64,000 nucleotides of DNA from Candidatus Oxydemutatoraceae bacterium (lineage in GTDB: Bacteria > Pseudomonadota > Gammaproteobacteria > Poriferisulfidales > Oxydemutatoraceae). The stretch lies in the NCBI GenBank assembly GCA_965218975.1, contig OZ244717.1:928001-992000 (forward strand). Direction: 5' to 3'. A program made the position numbers and the translations under genes. Of the stretch, positions 54,301-57,300 are shown piece after piece. The stretch's first letter is position 1. The number at the start of each line of letters is the position of its first letter. Below the pieces are notes generated by a model that saw only the letters and a list, made by a program, of their open reading frames with translations, made no database searches and was not told where the DNA came from.

Positions 54301-57300
54301 GGCACGGACGCTCGAGCGTTGACGATGACGCAAGCGATTACCGTCAGAGTGCTTGATTTGCCGGTAATAACGATTGCGGCAGTCGAGCCGATGGTAACGG
54401 AAGGCGAGCCGGCGGTGTTCGTGTTTGAGGGGACCGACGAGTCGGATTTGTTTGTGTTCTTTACGGTAGTTGAGTCCGGCGAGGTGCTTGCGGCTCCAAC
54501 GCCTTTTGGTATTTCTTTTGGACCTGCTTCCGAGACAGTGATGCTCAGCGTTGCCACCATTGATGATACGCTTGAAGAAGACGACAGCACGGTGACGGTT
54601 ACCATTGGTGTCGACGATATGGGTTTTTATGAAGTCGGTATTGAGAACAGTGCTTCGGTGCGTGTTATCGACAACGACGCCAACGTGGCGCCGGCATTCA
54701 CCAGTGCAGCAAGTTTTGAGGTCAACGAAGGGGAGACGGTAGTCGGCACGGTGACGGCTGCGGATGCGAACATAGAAGACGAAGTGACGTATTCGATTAC
54801 CAACGGTGCGGATGATGCCCTGTTTGACATTAACCCGTCTTCGGGCGAGTTGAGCTTCACAACCGCACCGGACTATGAGAATCCGACGGATGCGGATACG
54901 AATAACGTTTATATGCTCATTGTGACGGCGACCGGCGGCACGGACGCTCGGGCATTGACAACAACGCAAGAGATTGAGGTGACGGTGCTGGATGTGCCGA
55001 CTACAATTACGATTACGGCGGACGAGGCAGAGGTCATAGAAGGCGAACCGGCGATGTTTACACTCAGCCGGACAGACGCGACGGATGCGTCGGCATTGAC
55101 AGTGAACATTACGGTAGATGATCCTGCCGGAGCGCTTGTGGATGCGGCGCCTAGTACAGTGACTTTCGACGCCGGTTCTGCGACAACGATGCTCAGCCTT
55201 GCCACCGTCATTGATGATACGTTCGGTGTCAGGATGGTGACGGTTACCGTTGACGCCGGTGTGGATTATGAAGTCGGTATTGAAAATAGTGCCGAGGTGC
55301 GAGTGGTTGACGTCAACGTGGCGCCGGTATTCAGCAGTTCGGAAAGTTTTGCGGTCAACGAAGGGGAGACGGTAGTCGGCACGGTGACGGCTGCGGATGC
55401 GAACATAGAAGACGAAGTGACGTATTCGATTACCAACGGTGCGGATGATGCCCTGTTTGACATTAACCCGTCTTCGGGCGAGTTGAGCTTCACAACCGCA
55501 CCGGACTATGAGAATCCGACGGATGCGGATACGAATAACGTTTATATGCTCATTGTGACGGCGACCGGCGGCACGGACGCTCGGGCATTGACAACAACGC
55601 AAGAGATTGAGGTGACGGTGCTGGATGTGCCGACTACAATTACGATTACGGCGGACGAGGCAGAGGTCATAGAAGGCGAACCGGCGATGTTTACACTCAG
55701 CCGGACAGACGCGACGGATGCGTCGGCATTGACAGTGAACATTACGGTAGATGATCCTGCCGGAGCGCTTGTGGATGCGGCGCCTAGTACAGTGACTTTC
55801 GACGCCGGTTCTGCGACAACGATGCTCAGCCTTGCCACCGTCATTGATGATACGTTCGGTGTCAGGATGGTGACGGTTACCGTTGACGCCGGTGTGGATT
55901 ATGAAGTCGGTATTGAAAATAGTGCCGAGGTGCGAGTGGTTGACGTCAACGTGGCGCCGGTATTCAGCAGTTCGGAAAGTTTTGCGGTCAACGAAGGACA
56001 AACAGTAGTCGGCATGGTGACGGCTGAGGATGCGAACATAGAGGACGAAGTGACGTATTCGGTTACCGGCGGTGCGGATGAGACCTTGTTCGCCATTGAC
56101 GACCCGTCTTCGGGCGAGTTGAGATTCACAACCGCACCGAACTATGAGAATCCGACGGATGCGGATACGAATAACGTTTATATGCTCATTGTGACGGCGA
56201 CCGGCGGCACGGACGCTCGGGCATTGACAACAACGCAAGAGATTGAGGTGACGGTGCTGGATGTGCCGACTACAATTACGATTACGGCGGACGAGGCAGA
56301 GGTCACAGAAGGCGAACCGGCGATGTTTACACTCAGCCGGACCGACGCGACGGATGCGCCGACATTGACAGTGAACATTACGGTAGATGCGACCGTCGGA
56401 GTGCTTGCGACTGCGGCGCCTAGTACGGTGACTTTCGACGCCGGTTCTGCGACAGCGGTGCTCAGCCTTGCCACCGTCATTGATGATACGTTCGGTGTCA
56501 GAACGGTGACGGTTACCGTGAACGACGGTGTGGATTATGAGGTCGGTATTGAGAATAGCGCCGAGGTGCGGGTGGTTGACAAGGATGTCGTGCCCGGTGC
56601 GCCGGCGAATTTGGCAGCCGAGGCGGGCGACACACAGGCGGTCCTAAGTTGGGACGTACCTGCCGATTCCGGCACTGCGCCGATCGACCGCTACGAATAT
56701 CGCGTGAGTGCCGACGGCGGGAATATTTGGGATCCGGACTGGACGGCCGCCGGTGATGCGACGAGCGAAGTCGGAACTCAAATCGTATCGAACTTAGTCA
56801 ACGGCACGGAATACACATTTGAAGTGCGTGCGGTCAGTGCGGCGGGCAACAGCGCAGCCGCACGCATCACGGCAACACCGATAGTTGATGATACAGGGGC
56901 TAGCCTAACTTTACGCCGCATAGGCGACAAAAATGGCTATGATTTGATTGCCGATGTGCTCGCAAACGCCGAGGTGTCGGCAGACGGCAGTTTTGAAGTG
57001 GCGGTAGGTTCCGACATCGTATCGTGCACCGGTTGTGATAGCTTGGAAGCGTTTACAGCCTGCGAGGATACAAGCGAATTATGCGAGCTTGACTTCGATG
57101 ATGAAAATCGGCGGCTATTTTTGCAGCAATTGGGCTTTACCGCAGTGATTTGGCGTGCGAAAGATGCAAACGGTAATATTTTCACCGGCGATGCTGAAAT
57201 TACAGATTATGACATTGACGGCAGTTTGGAAGGTGTCGCATTTGCTCAACTATTTTATGTCGCACCGATTGTAGGTCTTGCGAATCGGAGTCAATATATC

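Larger units (their letters stand above)
1918..56880 (+). repeat. Intragenic repeat array; the basic unit is a cadherin-like plus Calx-beta-like didomain of about 633-650 bp
   Basis: The cadherin-like motif NVAPVF..FEVNEGQT.VGTVTA.DAN..YS.TGGAD..LF.ID..GEL.F..APD(F/Y)ENP.D.D.DN.Y (about 55 copies counted by eye) alternates with TITITA...VTEGE.A.FTF.RT..TF.A.S.T..L.LAT.DD..E.D.TVTV...SAEVRV.DND. Confidence 0.92.

Noticed and set aside
1894-56480. Many long antisense ORFs (Arg/His-rich, up to 1021 aa; Ser/Val/Thr-rich, ~100 aa)
   Set aside because: They are shadows of the repetitive, codon-biased sense ORF, recur with the repeat period and show no protein-like motifs.
1918-56880. CRISPR array or shufflon
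   Set aside because: The repeats are long, in-frame, direct and protein-coding. There are no short repeat-spacer units, inverted recombination sites, cas genes or recombinase genes.
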